A DNA stretch of 32,000 nucleotides from an uncultured Actinomycetes bacterium (GTDB lineage: Bacteria; Actinomycetota; Actinomycetes; S36-B12; CAIYMF01). The stretch lies in the NCBI GenBank assembly GCA_963843975.1, contig CAWJMG010000003.1, forward strand, positions 2,726,297-2,758,296, given 5' to 3'. Of this stretch, positions 7,660-16,743 are shown in pieces. The notes below the pieces were generated by a model. The model had not been told where the DNA came from and ran no database searches. It saw only the letters and a list, made by a program, of their open reading frames with translations. The first letter of the stretch is position 1; each line of letters begins with the position of its first letter. The position numbers and the translations under genes were made by a program.

Positions 7660-8628
7660 TCAACGCGCGATGGCGCGTAGCGGGCGCTGGGCAGCCGGGC
7701 GTGTCTCGACCGCCGCGAATGCGACGACAGGCGCTGCAGGTCGGTGGCCGTCGAGCTGCGCGCTGATGCTTGCCGCCACGTCGAGCACCCGCGCGGCGGC
7801 GGCCCTGAGCGCGGTCGGATCGTTGCCGGACCATCCCGCGAGGTAGGGGACGGAGTAGGCGCGGGTGTCGAGGCCGGCTGAGATGGCGACGATGTGGGCG
7901 ATGGATTCGGCTTCGATCTCGGCCTGTCCTCGGCAGCGTGGCGAGGTGCGGTACTGGTCGGCGAAGCGGTTCTCGTGGTCGGCGCGGATGTGCCCGAGTT
8001 CGTGGGCGAGCGTCTTGACCGCTTGGGCGGGCTCTACGTCGTCGCGGACGCGGACGAGCCGGTTGCGGTAGTCGGTGTAGCCGTTGGCGCCGTGGCAGTC
8101 GCCCCGTTCGAGGGTGAACCCGTCGTCGTGCACGAGTTGGGCGAGTCGCTCCCACAGGTCGCTCGGTGCTGGTCCGGTGAGCAGGTGCGGGTCGTCGGGG
8201 AGGTCGGGGCCGTCGGTCTGGCGGAGGTCGAAGACGTGGACGACCCGGAAGCCGCGCGGCACCCGCGGCGCACCTGCACCTGGCTCGACCTGCGTCGTGG
8301 TCCGGTCGACGGGCTCGGCCTGCGCTTGGTCGGGCTTGTAGAGGCAGGGGGCGAGGATCGCGATGCCTTTCTCCCCCTTGCGGACCTGGCGTCCGGCGGC
8401 GCGCCAGGCTCGGTAACCGGCGACGGCGGTGGCGTCGGGTCGCTGGACCGCGACGAGCAGGATGTTGTTCAGGCTGTATGTGGGCATGTGTGCTGCGATG
8501 TGGAGCATGTGCTGCCAGGCGTCGCTGCTGGCGAGGTCGGCGACTGCGGCGGTGAGCCGCTCGTGGATGTCTGTGAGCTGGTCGCGGCGTCGCTGATCGC
8601 GGGCGGCGGTGTCGTCGGCGCTGGTCAT
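7660..8628 (-). CDS. ArdC-like antirestriction protein (ssDNA-binding N-domain plus HExxH metalloprotease domain)
   Basis: 322 aa from ATG 8628 (ATGA overlap with the upstream stop). YSLNNILLVAVQRPDATAVAGYRAWRAAGRQVRKGEKGIAILAP matches the ArdC-N/DUF1738 pattern. The zinc-protease motif is TLAHELGHIRADH. Confidence 0.85.
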   Translation of the reverse strand: MTSADDTAARDQRRRDQLTDIHERLTAAVADLASSDAWQHMLHIAAHMPTYSLNNILLVAVQRPDATAVAGYRAWRAAGRQVRKGEKGIAILAPCLYKPDQAQAEPVDRTTTQVEPGAGAPRVPRGFRVVHVFDLRQTDGPDLPDDPHLLTGPAPSDLWERLAQLVHDDGFTLERGDCHGANGYTDYRNRLVRVRDDVEPAQAVKTLAHELGHIRADHENRFADQYRTSPRCRGQAEIEAESIAHIVAISAGLDTRAYSVPYLAGWSGNDPTALRAAAARVLDVAASISAQLDGHRPAAPVVAFAAVETRPAAQRPLRAIAR

Positions 8629-9797
8629 GCCGCGCCTGCCTGTAAGGCGCCAGCGCAGACGTTGTCGGACCAGCCGCGGTACCCGCTGCGGGACATGAAT
8701 CCGGTCTCGATCTGGGCGAGCGTGACGAGGTAGACCCCGCCGGTGAATCCGGTGGCGTGGTCGAGGGCGTCGTTGGTGACGACCTTGATCCGGGCGGGGT
8801 CGCAGCCAGGGTCGGACTGGACGACGAGGGCGATGTGCCCGGCGGGGCTGCCGGTGGCCCAGTACACGAAGGCGCCGAGCGGGGGGCAGCGGTCGCCGGG
8901 GCGGGCGTGCCCGGTGGCGAGCATGCGGGTCCAGTGCACGGAGGCGGACTCGTAGCCGGAGTTGGCGTAGCCGTATGCGCGGCAGGCGAGCCGGTCGCAG
9001 CGGTTGTACCAGCCGGAGCGGGCACCGACGAGGTTGAGCGCGGCGGCGACCGCGCCTGCCACGTCGGTGGGGGTGCCGGGTGGGACGACGACAGTCCCTG
9101 TGTCGGCGAGACTGGACGCGCAGGCGGCGTCCACGTGGGCCGAAGGCGCCACCTGCGATGGGGCACCGGTGGCGCTGCCGGCGGCGGTGGCAGTGGGTGT
9201 GGTGCTGGTCCAGGCGACGGCGTCGGCGTGAACGCGTTCGAGGTACGTCTTGGCGGAGTCGTCGATCCGCGGGTAGGTGGCGACAGCACCCGGTCCGGAG
9301 TGGTGCGCGAGGGCGAGCGTGTCCAGCCACGACAGGCGACGCGCCCCAGACAGGGGCGTGCCCAGGGGCTGGTCGAGGTCGTCGAGAAGCTGGCACAGCA
9401 TCTGCCCGGCGACATCGGCGACGGTGAGCGGGTCGGAGTCATCGGGCAGGCCGTCGCCGTCGAGGTCCACGTTCCAGCCGGCACCGTGGACCGCGACCCA
9501 GTCCGTGTCGGTCACCGCGATCAGGCCGCGGCCGCGCGGGCCGACATGGGCCGGATCGAAGCCGGAGTCGGCGGCCATGACGGCCGCGATCCACGGCTGC
9601 GGCAACTGGGGGCAGGCGTTCTGCACGGCCGCGATCCACACCCGCGCCGGGGCCGGAACCGGTGCGCCGTCTGCCAGAGCGGGCCCGGGGGCGGTGAAGC
9701 AGGCCAGAGCGGTGCCGGCGGCGCCGAGGACGGCGAGTACCGCGACGACGGGCGCGGCGAGGGCGGTGGCCGCTGCGGCGGCGAGGCCGGCCTTCAC
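8625..9797 (-). CDS. membrane-anchored bifunctional cell-wall hydrolase (SLT-like domain plus NlpC/P60-like domain) of the T4SS
   Basis: 390 aa from GTG 9797 (GTGA overlap). N-terminal anchor/signal VKAGLAAAAATALAAPVVAVLAVLGAAG. SLT-like WIAAVMAADSGFDP...GRGLIAV. C-terminal NlpC/P60-like region: RCDRLACRAYGY ... PGDRCPPLGAFVYWATGSPAGHIALVV. Confidence 0.85.
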   Translation of the reverse strand: MKAGLAAAAATALAAPVVAVLAVLGAAGTALACFTAPGPALADGAPVPAPARVWIAAVQNACPQLPQPWIAAVMAADSGFDPAHVGPRGRGLIAVTDTDWVAVHGAGWNVDLDGDGLPDDSDPLTVADVAGQMLCQLLDDLDQPLGTPLSGARRLSWLDTLALAHHSGPGAVATYPRIDDSAKTYLERVHADAVAWTSTTPTATAAGSATGAPSQVAPSAHVDAACASSLADTGTVVVPPGTPTDVAGAVAAALNLVGARSGWYNRCDRLACRAYGYANSGYESASVHWTRMLATGHARPGDRCPPLGAFVYWATGSPAGHIALVVQSDPGCDPARIKVVTNDALDHATGFTGGVYLVTLAQIETGFMSRSGYRGWSDNVCAGALQAGAA

Positions 9798-11650
9798 CGT
9801 GCCGCTCCATCGCGCGCGGCGAGTTGACCGGTGCTCCCGCGGTCGGCTGCAGCGGCGGTGGCGGCTTCGATGCGCCGCTGCCCCGCGTTGAGCGCGGCGG
9901 CGTCCGGGCGGCTGGGCCAGGGGGCGAGGTCGATAATCGCGGGCCGGGCGTGCCGGAGCAGGAGCACGGCGGAACCGAAGGGCAGGGTCCGCAGGACCGC
10001 GGGCGGCAGGACGGGAACGGTGCGCAGGCTGGTCGTGGTGGAGCGTTCGCCGCCGTGGCCACGTGACTGGGATCGGGTGGTCTCGTCGATGTCGCCGAGG
10101 AGGCGGGAGACGTCGTCGAGGTCGCGCATCTTGGCTAGTCCGCCCAGGACGAGCTTGACGGTGGCGGCGTCCCAGATGGTGTCGGCGGCGTGCTCGCCCC
10201 AGCGGTGGCGGGCCTGGGCGAGGGACTGCAGGACGGCGAGGGTGGTGATGCCGGACCCGCCGCCTTCGGCCATGAGGGAGGGCAGGGAGGGGAGCGGGGT
10301 GAGGTTGGCGATCTCGTCGAGGGCGAGCAGCAGCGGCGGGTCCAGCCGCGCGCCGGGCGAGCGTGCGGCCAGGGTGCGGGCGGTCTCGGTGATGTCTTCG
10401 ACGAATGCGGCGACCAGGGGTGCGCTGGTGCCCGAGGACACCGCGGACGCGAGCAGGTAGAGGGTGCCGCGGTCGGTGAGGAACGCCTCGGGGTCGAACC
10501 GGTCGTCGGGGCCGGGGTCGAGGGCGTGCAGGACATGGGGGTCGGCGAGGGCGGCGAGGGCTTGACGGACGCCGAGCCAGACGCTGTCGCGGGTGCGGGG
10601 GTCGGCGTGGACGATCGCGTCGAGGGCGTCGGCCCAGCCGTCGGCTGCGTCGCGGTGGCGGGTCAGGATGGACACGGCGTCCTCGGCCAGCACGGGGTTG
10701 AGCGACCACCGGTACAGGTCCAGGGCGCGCCGGTCGTCGAGGGCGGCGGCGTGCAGCAGGCAGCGCAGCGCGGTCTCGGTCTGCCCGGTCCAGAAGTCCG
10801 CGTCCGACACGGATCCGTGCATCCCGGCGCCTGAGGCGAGGCCGCGGGCACGGACCAGGGCAATGCGGGGGTGCCGGCAGCCGCGGACCGGGGACCAGCG
10901 CAGCCCGTCGGGAAGACCGGCGAGGCGCTGCGGATCGAACACCGCGACCGGGCCCCGCGTGGCGCGGTGGTCGTGGGTGACGGCGAGGGTGTCCGGGCGG
11001 GTGGAGGTGGCGACGACGGCGCCGGGGGCGTCGAGGATCCAGGGGATGACCACGTGCAGGCCCTTGCCCATTCGGGGCGGTCCGAGGAGCAGCGCGGAGT
11101 CCTCGACCGAGCACCACAGGTCGCTGCCGTGCGCCGCGCCGAGGAGGTAGCCGAGCTCGGTGGGGGGCGCGGTGGCGGGTTGGCTGGGGCGGGCGTGGCG
11201 GGCGCGGGTGCGCAGGGCGCGATCGCCGGCGACGGTGGTGAGCTCGCGACGTGAGGCGAGCCCCGGCAGGTGAGCAAGGCGGCCGCGGCTGGTAGACGGG
11301 TTATGCCGGTCGAGGAGGTGCCGCGCGAACCGTACGGCGACGAACCCCGAGGTGGCCGCGAGGGCGAGGACGGCGAGAGTGGCGGCCCAGTAAGGGATCG
11401 GGCCGGGCAGCTGCTCGGGTCGCGGCCATGCGCCGGCTGGTTCAACGGGCCGCCCTACGGCAGCGAGCGCTGGCAGGATCCCGCCCTCGGGGGCCAGTCG
11501 TCCGGTGAGCAGGCAGGCCGCGGTAGCGCCCGCGTACAGCAGCGCGCCGGCGGCGAGGGTGAGGCCGACGGCGAGCAGGCCGAGGTCGGTGGTGTCCCAC
11601 CCGCCCACACGCGCCCCCGCACCCGTTCCCCCGACGCGGGGGCGGGTCAT
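9794..11650 (-). CDS. type IV coupling protein (VirD4/TraG/TraD family)
   Basis: 618 aa from ATG 11650 (ATGA overlap). Two N-terminal TM helices. Walker A LLLGPPRMGKGLHVVIP. Walker B DPPLLLALDEIANL. Followed by GGGSGITTLAVLQSLAQ. Confidence 0.9.
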   Translation of the reverse strand: MTRPRVGGTGAGARVGGWDTTDLGLLAVGLTLAAGALLYAGATAACLLTGRLAPEGGILPALAAVGRPVEPAGAWPRPEQLPGPIPYWAATLAVLALAATSGFVAVRFARHLLDRHNPSTSRGRLAHLPGLASRRELTTVAGDRALRTRARHARPSQPATAPPTELGYLLGAAHGSDLWCSVEDSALLLGPPRMGKGLHVVIPWILDAPGAVVATSTRPDTLAVTHDHRATRGPVAVFDPQRLAGLPDGLRWSPVRGCRHPRIALVRARGLASGAGMHGSVSDADFWTGQTETALRCLLHAAALDDRRALDLYRWSLNPVLAEDAVSILTRHRDAADGWADALDAIVHADPRTRDSVWLGVRQALAALADPHVLHALDPGPDDRFDPEAFLTDRGTLYLLASAVSSGTSAPLVAAFVEDITETARTLAARSPGARLDPPLLLALDEIANLTPLPSLPSLMAEGGGSGITTLAVLQSLAQARHRWGEHAADTIWDAATVKLVLGGLAKMRDLDDVSRLLGDIDETTRSQSRGHGGERSTTTSLRTVPVLPPAVLRTLPFGSAVLLLRHARPAIIDLAPWPSRPDAAALNAGQRRIEAATAAAADRGSTGQLAARDGAAR

Positions 11651-12849
11651 CGGGGCACCACGGCGAGGTGTCGACCGGCCGTGCCCGCGCGCTGCCGCCG
11701 CATGACGGGCAGCGGGATGGGGACGTGGTCGTCGTCGGCGTCGCTGCCGGGCGGACCGGGGTGAAGGGGTGCGGCGGCGCGGCGCAGGGCGCGGGTGTGC
11801 AGGAGGGTGGTGTCGAGGAGGTCGCGAAGGTCCAGGCCGAGATTGCCTGCTTCGGCGCGGAGCGCTGTGGCGGTGCGGTGCGCGGCCAGGCGTAGCTGGT
11901 CGGCGGCGACCGCGGTGGCGGCGTATGCGGGGTCGAGGATGGTGGCGTGCTCCACCATGGCGGTGAGGTCGCGAGGGTTCGGCCCGGGTCCGGCGGTGGG
12001 TGCGGTGCGGGCGATGCGCCATGCCACAGTGACGGGGTCGATCGGGGCGCCGGTGTCGTGCAGGTCCACCAGCGCTGCGTACACCGGGCGCCACGTGTCG
12101 CCGGTGAGGGCGTCAGGTCGCAGCCAGCCAGTGACCGCGGCGAGGTAGTCGGGGTGCGTGACCAGGCAGGCGGTCAGGTCCGCCTCGCGTTCCGCGACGG
12201 CGTCGGGGTCGGGCAGGGGGTGTCGGGACAGGAGCCGGTCCGCGCCGACCAGGGAGGGCAACAGCCCGACCGGTGACGGAGGCGACACGGGCGCGGCGAC
12301 GGCGGTGCCGGTGGTGGCGCGGGTGGCGATCGCCCACCGGGTAAGGGCCAACTCGGCGACAGCGTCGATCTGCGCGGTGACCGTCTCCACCACCCGAGGG
12401 CTGCGGTCCAAGGCTGCGGCGAGGGCTGCGGCCTGCAGCAGGACGCCGTGGCAGGCGACCTGGCGGCGCAGCGACGCCTCCAGCACGACCGCGGCGTACT
12501 CGGCGGGGCGGGGGCGGGTCGGGACTGCGGCGAGCAGGTCCAGGATGCGCGGGGCGTCGGCGATCCGGTAGCCGTGCCGGTCGATCATCGCCTGTGCAAC
12601 CACGTCCGGGCAGGGTCGCTGGTGGGCGGCGTCGAGCTCGCGGATCGTGGCGTAGAGGGTGTGGTGCCAGGGGTCGGCGAAGTCCTCCGCGCGCAGCCAT
12701 CCGCTCACGGCGACGACCGCGTCCGGGGCCAGCAGAAGCGCGCCGAGGGTGGCCTGCTCCGCCAGCCGCACGGCGGCCGGGACTCTGCCGCCGGTCTCAA
12801 CCGTGTCCTCGGACATGACAGCGGTGCTGCGCATCGGATCGGGCGTCAT
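11647..12849 (-). CDS. protein with two tandem DnaB-helicase N-terminal-like domains and no ATPase core
   Basis: 400 aa from ATG 12849 (ATGA overlap). Repeat 1, aa ~26-133: AEQATLGALLLAPDAVVAVSGWLRAEDFADPWHHTLYATIRELD...PAEYAAVVLEASLRRQV. Repeat 2, aa ~216-320: EREADLTACLVTHPDYLAAVTGWLRPDALTGDTWRPVYAALVDLHDTGAPIDPVTV. No Walker motifs. Confidence 0.8.
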   Translation of the reverse strand: MTPDPMRSTAVMSEDTVETGGRVPAAVRLAEQATLGALLLAPDAVVAVSGWLRAEDFADPWHHTLYATIRELDAAHQRPCPDVVAQAMIDRHGYRIADAPRILDLLAAVPTRPRPAEYAAVVLEASLRRQVACHGVLLQAAALAAALDRSPRVVETVTAQIDAVAELALTRWAIATRATTGTAVAAPVSPPSPVGLLPSLVGADRLLSRHPLPDPDAVAEREADLTACLVTHPDYLAAVTGWLRPDALTGDTWRPVYAALVDLHDTGAPIDPVTVAWRIARTAPTAGPGPNPRDLTAMVEHATILDPAYAATAVAADQLRLAAHRTATALRAEAGNLGLDLRDLLDTTLLHTRALRRAAAPLHPGPPGSDADDDHVPIPLPVMRRQRAGTAGRHLAVVPR

Positions 12850-14192
12850 CGCACGCCTCCCGTCGCCGTGCCCCCTGCAGCACGATGCGTGGCCGTGCCG
12901 GTCATCGCGGTGTCGGTGTCGACCAAGGGGAGCTCGTCGACGTGGAGACGGTGGTGGACCAGGTGGGAGCGGGCGGGCAGCTTCCACAGCCCTGTGCCGC
13001 GCCGCAGCACCGCGATCACCTCGCGTTCCGCGATGGACAGGCCCAGCGCTCGGGCAGTCGCAGCGAGCTGGTCGGCTTCCTGCCGGTAGATGACGCGGGT
13101 CGAGCAGTCGGCGAGCAATCCGTCGGCGATCGCGCGCCCGGCGGTGCCGGTCGCGGCGACGGCGTCGAGATCGGACAGGCGGTGCAGGATCAGCAGGTTC
13201 GCGATGCCATAGGCGCGCGACAGCTTCCACTGCGCCTGCATCCGCCCCAGCAGCGCGGGGCTGCGCAGCAGCCGCCACGCCTCGTCGTACACCACCCACC
13301 GCGGGCCGGGCTGGTCGCCAGAAGTGGTGAGGGACTGCTCCAGCCACGCCGACGCGCACGTCATCGCGATGGCCAGGGCGGTGTCGTCGGATCCGAGCGC
13401 GGACAGATCCAGCACCACCATCGGCGCGGACGGGTCGAGACGGTGGGTGGACGGGCCGTCGAACATGCCGGCGAGGTCGCCGCGGGTCAGGCGGCGCAGC
13501 GCATGCACGAGGTCGGCGCCGTCGCGGGTCCGGGCGGCGACGGTGGTGCGGTCCGCGGAGACGGCACCATGGTCCGGGTCGGCCAGGGCATCGACGAGCC
13601 GCGGCAGCGTCGGGGCGGCGTCCGCACGGACGGCGTCGAGTGCGGCGTGCAGGGCGGTGTGCTCGGCGGGGGCGAGGTCCCGGCCGAGGAGGGTCGCAGC
13701 GACCGCCGCGAGGACCGTCGCGCTCGAGTTCATGGAACCTCGCGACGCGGGCGGTGCGTCGAGGGGATTGAGCCGGGTCGACAGGCCCGGGCCTATCCGG
13801 ATGACGGTGCCGCCGACGGCGTCTGCCAGCGGCGCCCACTCCCCCTTGGGGTCGCCGGGGACGTAGACGCGCCGCCCGGCGGCGAGCGAGCGCAGCGCGA
13901 GGGACTTGGCCAGCGCGGACTTGCCCTGACCGATGACCCCGGCCAGGAGCATGTTCGGGTTGGTCAGCTCCCCTTCTGCGTAGAGGGCCCAGGGGTCGAA
14001 CGCGAACGCCTCACCGGTGAGCGCGTCCGGCCCGATGTAGACCCCGGCCTGCGGCGGAGCCGGGGCCAGGAAGGGGTAGGCGCCGGCCAGGACGGCGCTG
14101 CTGGCCCGGTGGGCCGGGACCCGCATCGGCCACAGCCCCGCCCTGCGCCCCGACACCCGGGTGCCGGAGGTGCGGTGCGCGCCGACGTTCAC
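12846..14192 (-). CDS. VirB4/TrbE-like T4SS ATPase (C-terminal ATPase half of a split VirB4)
   Basis: 448 aa from GTG 14192 (GTGA overlap; alternative ATG 23 codons in). Walker A LLAGVIGQGKSALAKSL. Walker B RWVVYDEAWRLL (the DEAW typical of VirB4). Confidence 0.85.
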   Translation of the reverse strand: MNVGAHRTSGTRVSGRRAGLWPMRVPAHRASSAVLAGAYPFLAPAPPQAGVYIGPDALTGEAFAFDPWALYAEGELTNPNMLLAGVIGQGKSALAKSLALRSLAAGRRVYVPGDPKGEWAPLADAVGGTVIRIGPGLSTRLNPLDAPPASRGSMNSSATVLAAVAATLLGRDLAPAEHTALHAALDAVRADAAPTLPRLVDALADPDHGAVSADRTTVAARTRDGADLVHALRRLTRGDLAGMFDGPSTHRLDPSAPMVVLDLSALGSDDTALAIAMTCASAWLEQSLTTSGDQPGPRWVVYDEAWRLLRSPALLGRMQAQWKLSRAYGIANLLILHRLSDLDAVAATGTAGRAIADGLLADCSTRVIYRQEADQLAATARALGLSIAEREVIAVLRRGTGLWKLPARSHLVHHRLHVDELPLVDTDTAMTGTATHRAAGGTATGGVR

Positions 14193-15601
14193 AGGATCCC
14201 CCGCGCAAGCGGGAGCGCGGCAGCGGTGTGCGCTGCTGCCTGCTGCCCGGCCAGAGGGCGCAACTCGCACATCGCCCGCGCCGCGGCGGCCTCGGTCGCA
14301 CGGCACGCCTCGACCAGGGCCGCCTGGTCGTCGGCGCTGACGGTGACCATGCCGGTGAACCGCAGGTCGCCGTGGCCGGCGACCAGGTCGCGCTCGCGGG
14401 TGGCGACGTCGTCGGCTTCGGCGCGGGCGGCCTCGTCCTCGATGCGGCCCGTGCGGGCGCGGTGCGCAGAGTCCGCGACCAGGTCGACCCGCGCGCGACG
14501 GATGTCCCGCGTCGCCGTGCGCAGCGGTCGCGGCTCCGCGATCAGCGTGACGGTGCGGTGCGCGCCGGGTGCCAGCAGCAGCGGCTGCAGGAACTCGACG
14601 CCCACCTCGGCGCGGGGCCACTCCGCGATCCAGTACGTGGCGTGCACTGCGGTGTCGGTGCGCAGATGCGACCACGACTCCGCAACGGCCATCGGCCCCC
14701 ACACCCCGGCCCGGTCCGCCTGCCGCTCAGCGACCATATGACCAAAGGAGATCAGTGCCAAGGGGTCGTAGGCGCGGCGCATCAGCTCGCACAGCCGGCG
14801 AGGACCGACCCAGCCGTCGACCTTGAGGCCGGCGGCGGCGACCGTGTCCGCGAACGTGCCCAGCAGCGGCTGGACGTCGTCGTGCGCTCCGCCGCGGCGG
14901 AACGCGACCGCGAGCACGGTGGTGATCCGTGTCGTCGACGTGTCGGCGTCGGCGAGCAGGTCGGCCACCAGTCGCGCCGGCAACGGCGCGTCCGCACCGG
15001 TGGCATGGTCGGACCACCAGCGGCGCACATCGCACTCGCCCGCTGGGGCGGTTGCGTGCAGGACCTGCACGCGGACGATCTCCCGGGACTGGGTGAGCCC
15101 CGCCAGCACCCGCCCCCAGGCCGCCGTCGTGGACCCGGCGTCGTCTGCGAGCAGGACGCCCCGCCCGCGGACCGCGAGGACAGCGGTCACCGTCCCCGTC
15201 GTGCGGTCGCTCACCAGCGCCGCACCGCTCGAGCCGGTCGTGACGGGAAGCGGCGTGCGGATCCCCGGCAGCTCCAGCAGGAGCCCACCCGTCGCTGCGC
15301 GGGGATCGCGAAGCCGGTGGAGCTGTCGGGTCGCACCGATGGCCCGCCGCAGCCACCAGTCACCGACGATCGGGATCCACCCCATCACGCTGCGGCCCCC
15401 GAACGACGTCGTGCCCGCCAAGACCAGCGGGCCCCACAGGAGCGCAGCGGCAAGGAGCCCGTGCAGGCCCGCGGCGTACTCGGCGGTCACCGCGATCGCC
15501 GCCGCGGCACCCACGGCGGCGAGCTGAGGCCCCGACAGGCCGAGCAGCACACCCCGGCGCTCCAGGCGGCCGAACCGCACCGTCGCTGCAGGCGCGCTCA
15601 C
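14189..15601 (-). CDS. membrane-associated VirB3/VirB4-N-terminal-like T4SS component (SCO6880-type family)
   Basis: 470 aa with a GTG start at 15601 (GTGA overlap). The N-terminus VRFGRLERRGVLLGLSGPQLAAVG plus two TM helices is the signature recalled for SCO6880-family proteins. It lies directly upstream of and overlapping the ATPase gene. Confidence 0.75.
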   Translation of the reverse strand: MSAPAATVRFGRLERRGVLLGLSGPQLAAVGAAAAIAVTAEYAAGLHGLLAAALLWGPLVLAGTTSFGGRSVMGWIPIVGDWWLRRAIGATRQLHRLRDPRAATGGLLLELPGIRTPLPVTTGSSGAALVSDRTTGTVTAVLAVRGRGVLLADDAGSTTAAWGRVLAGLTQSREIVRVQVLHATAPAGECDVRRWWSDHATGADAPLPARLVADLLADADTSTTRITTVLAVAFRRGGAHDDVQPLLGTFADTVAAAGLKVDGWVGPRRLCELMRRAYDPLALISFGHMVAERQADRAGVWGPMAVAESWSHLRTDTAVHATYWIAEWPRAEVGVEFLQPLLLAPGAHRTVTLIAEPRPLRTATRDIRRARVDLVADSAHRARTGRIEDEAARAEADDVATRERDLVAGHGDLRFTGMVTVSADDQAALVEACRATEAAAARAMCELRPLAGQQAAAHTAAALPLARGIL

Positions 15602-16743
15602 GACCCCTCACCCGCTCCCGCAGGGCTGGCGGCGGGGCGGCGGGGAGCGACCGGGCCGCTCGAGGGCGACGCCGCCCCCGCGGCGGCCACCGTCGCAGCG
15701 CGGGCGCCGGCCCCTGCTGCCGCCCCACCCGGGCCCAGGACCATGCCGGTGGCGACGGACTGGGCCGCGAACCTGGCTTGATTCCCCGCCGCCCGAGCGG
15801 TTCGCGGAATCGGGCCGGCCGCGACAGCCCCGTGCATCACCGACGCTGCTTCCATCCCGGTCCAGTGCACGAACCGCCACGTCAGCCAAGGCGCGAGCAC
15901 CGCGATCGACAGCAGCAGCAGCCCGGCTAGCAGATCCGACAGCGACCCCGACGTCTCCGACGCAGGAGCGCTGCCCGTGCCAGCGTCGGGGCCGGTGCCG
16001 GAGAACGCGCTCGCCCCGACCACGAAGACCACGACGATGACGACCTTGGACAGCACCAGCGCCGCCACGATCTCGATCCAACGCCGCGCCCACACCCGGG
16101 TCTGGTCCCACGCAAGCCCCGCGAACGCGACCGGCGCGAACACGATGACCAGGATCAGCGCTGCCTTGCGGAACAGCAGCACCCCCCACAGCAGCAGGAA
16201 CCCCACGATCAGCGTGCCGCCGAGGACGAGCTGCAGCACCGGGCCCGAGGACGGCCCGGCCAGCCACGTCAGGTCGACGAACCGTGCTGCCGCGTCGCGC
16301 ACGGTCAGCCCGGACGCGGCAGCGATCGCCTGGCACACCTGATCGGTGGCCAGCAGCGCGGACTGTGTCACCACCACGGCGAACCCTGCCCCCAGCACTG
16401 CCTTCGCGACCCCGATGACCGCGCGGGCGAGGCCGCCGGGCTCGCGGCGCAGCACGGAGGTCAGCACCTGAAGCACGAACAGGCCAACCACCGCCGGCAG
16501 GGTCACCGCAGCCAGGACGGCGACGTTCGCCCGCAGCCACGACGCGGAGGTGTCGACCGCGGTCGTGGCGTCCAGCACGGTGAGCGCCGCGCTGGACACC
16601 TGCTCCGCGGCGGTCACGAACGCCGCCCCGAGCCCGCCCAGGATCGACTCCGACACGGCCGACCCCGCCGCATCGACGACGCCTGTCGCGGCCGTGCACA
16701 CCGGGTCCAGCGGCCCCGTACACAGATCCGGGAGCGCGGCCAT
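15598..16743 (-). CDS. polytopic membrane protein, VirB6/TrbL-position T4SS channel component
   Basis: 381 aa from ATG 16743 (TGATG junction with the upstream gene). At least 6 hydrophobic helices and an A/G/P/S-rich C-terminal tail. The assignment rests on position and topology only. Confidence 0.7.
   Translation of the reverse strand: MAALPDLCTGPLDPVCTAATGVVDAAGSAVSESILGGLGAAFVTAAEQVSSAALTVLDATTAVDTSASWLRANVAVLAAVTLPAVVGLFVLQVLTSVLRREPGGLARAVIGVAKAVLGAGFAVVVTQSALLATDQVCQAIAAASGLTVRDAAARFVDLTWLAGPSSGPVLQLVLGGTLIVGFLLLWGVLLFRKAALILVIVFAPVAFAGLAWDQTRVWARRWIEIVAALVLSKVVIVVVFVVGASAFSGTGPDAGTGSAPASETSGSLSDLLAGLLLLSIAVLAPWLTWRFVHWTGMEAASVMHGAVAAGPIPRTARAAGNQARFAAQSVATGMVLGPGGAAAGAGARAATVAAAGAASPSSGPVAPRRPAASPAGAGEGS

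Noticed and set aside
8757-9827. 356-aa ORF on the plus strand
   Set aside because: It is antisense to the cell-wall hydrolase gene, and is G/A/V/R-rich with no motifs.
9798-11117. Long N-terminal extensions of minus-strand track ORFs (8625..11117, 9794..12094, 11647..13839, 12846..14702, 15598..17181, 7660..9396, 7319..9484, 25085..25957, 26280..27890, 27164..28948)
   Set aside because: In every case the extension overlaps the upstream gene in another frame and is R/P/G/A-rich. Recognisable homology starts at an internal ATG or GTG that overlaps the upstream stop codon, and those internal starts were used.
12885-14741. 618-aa ORF on the plus strand
   Set aside because: It is antisense to the VirB4-like ATPase and the SCO6880-like gene. 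It is R/G/A-rich, low-complexity and has no motifs.
14228-15781. 517-aa ORF on the plus strand
   Set aside because: It is antisense to the SCO6880-like and VirB6-like genes, with shadow-ORF composition (R, P, G, A, Q runs).
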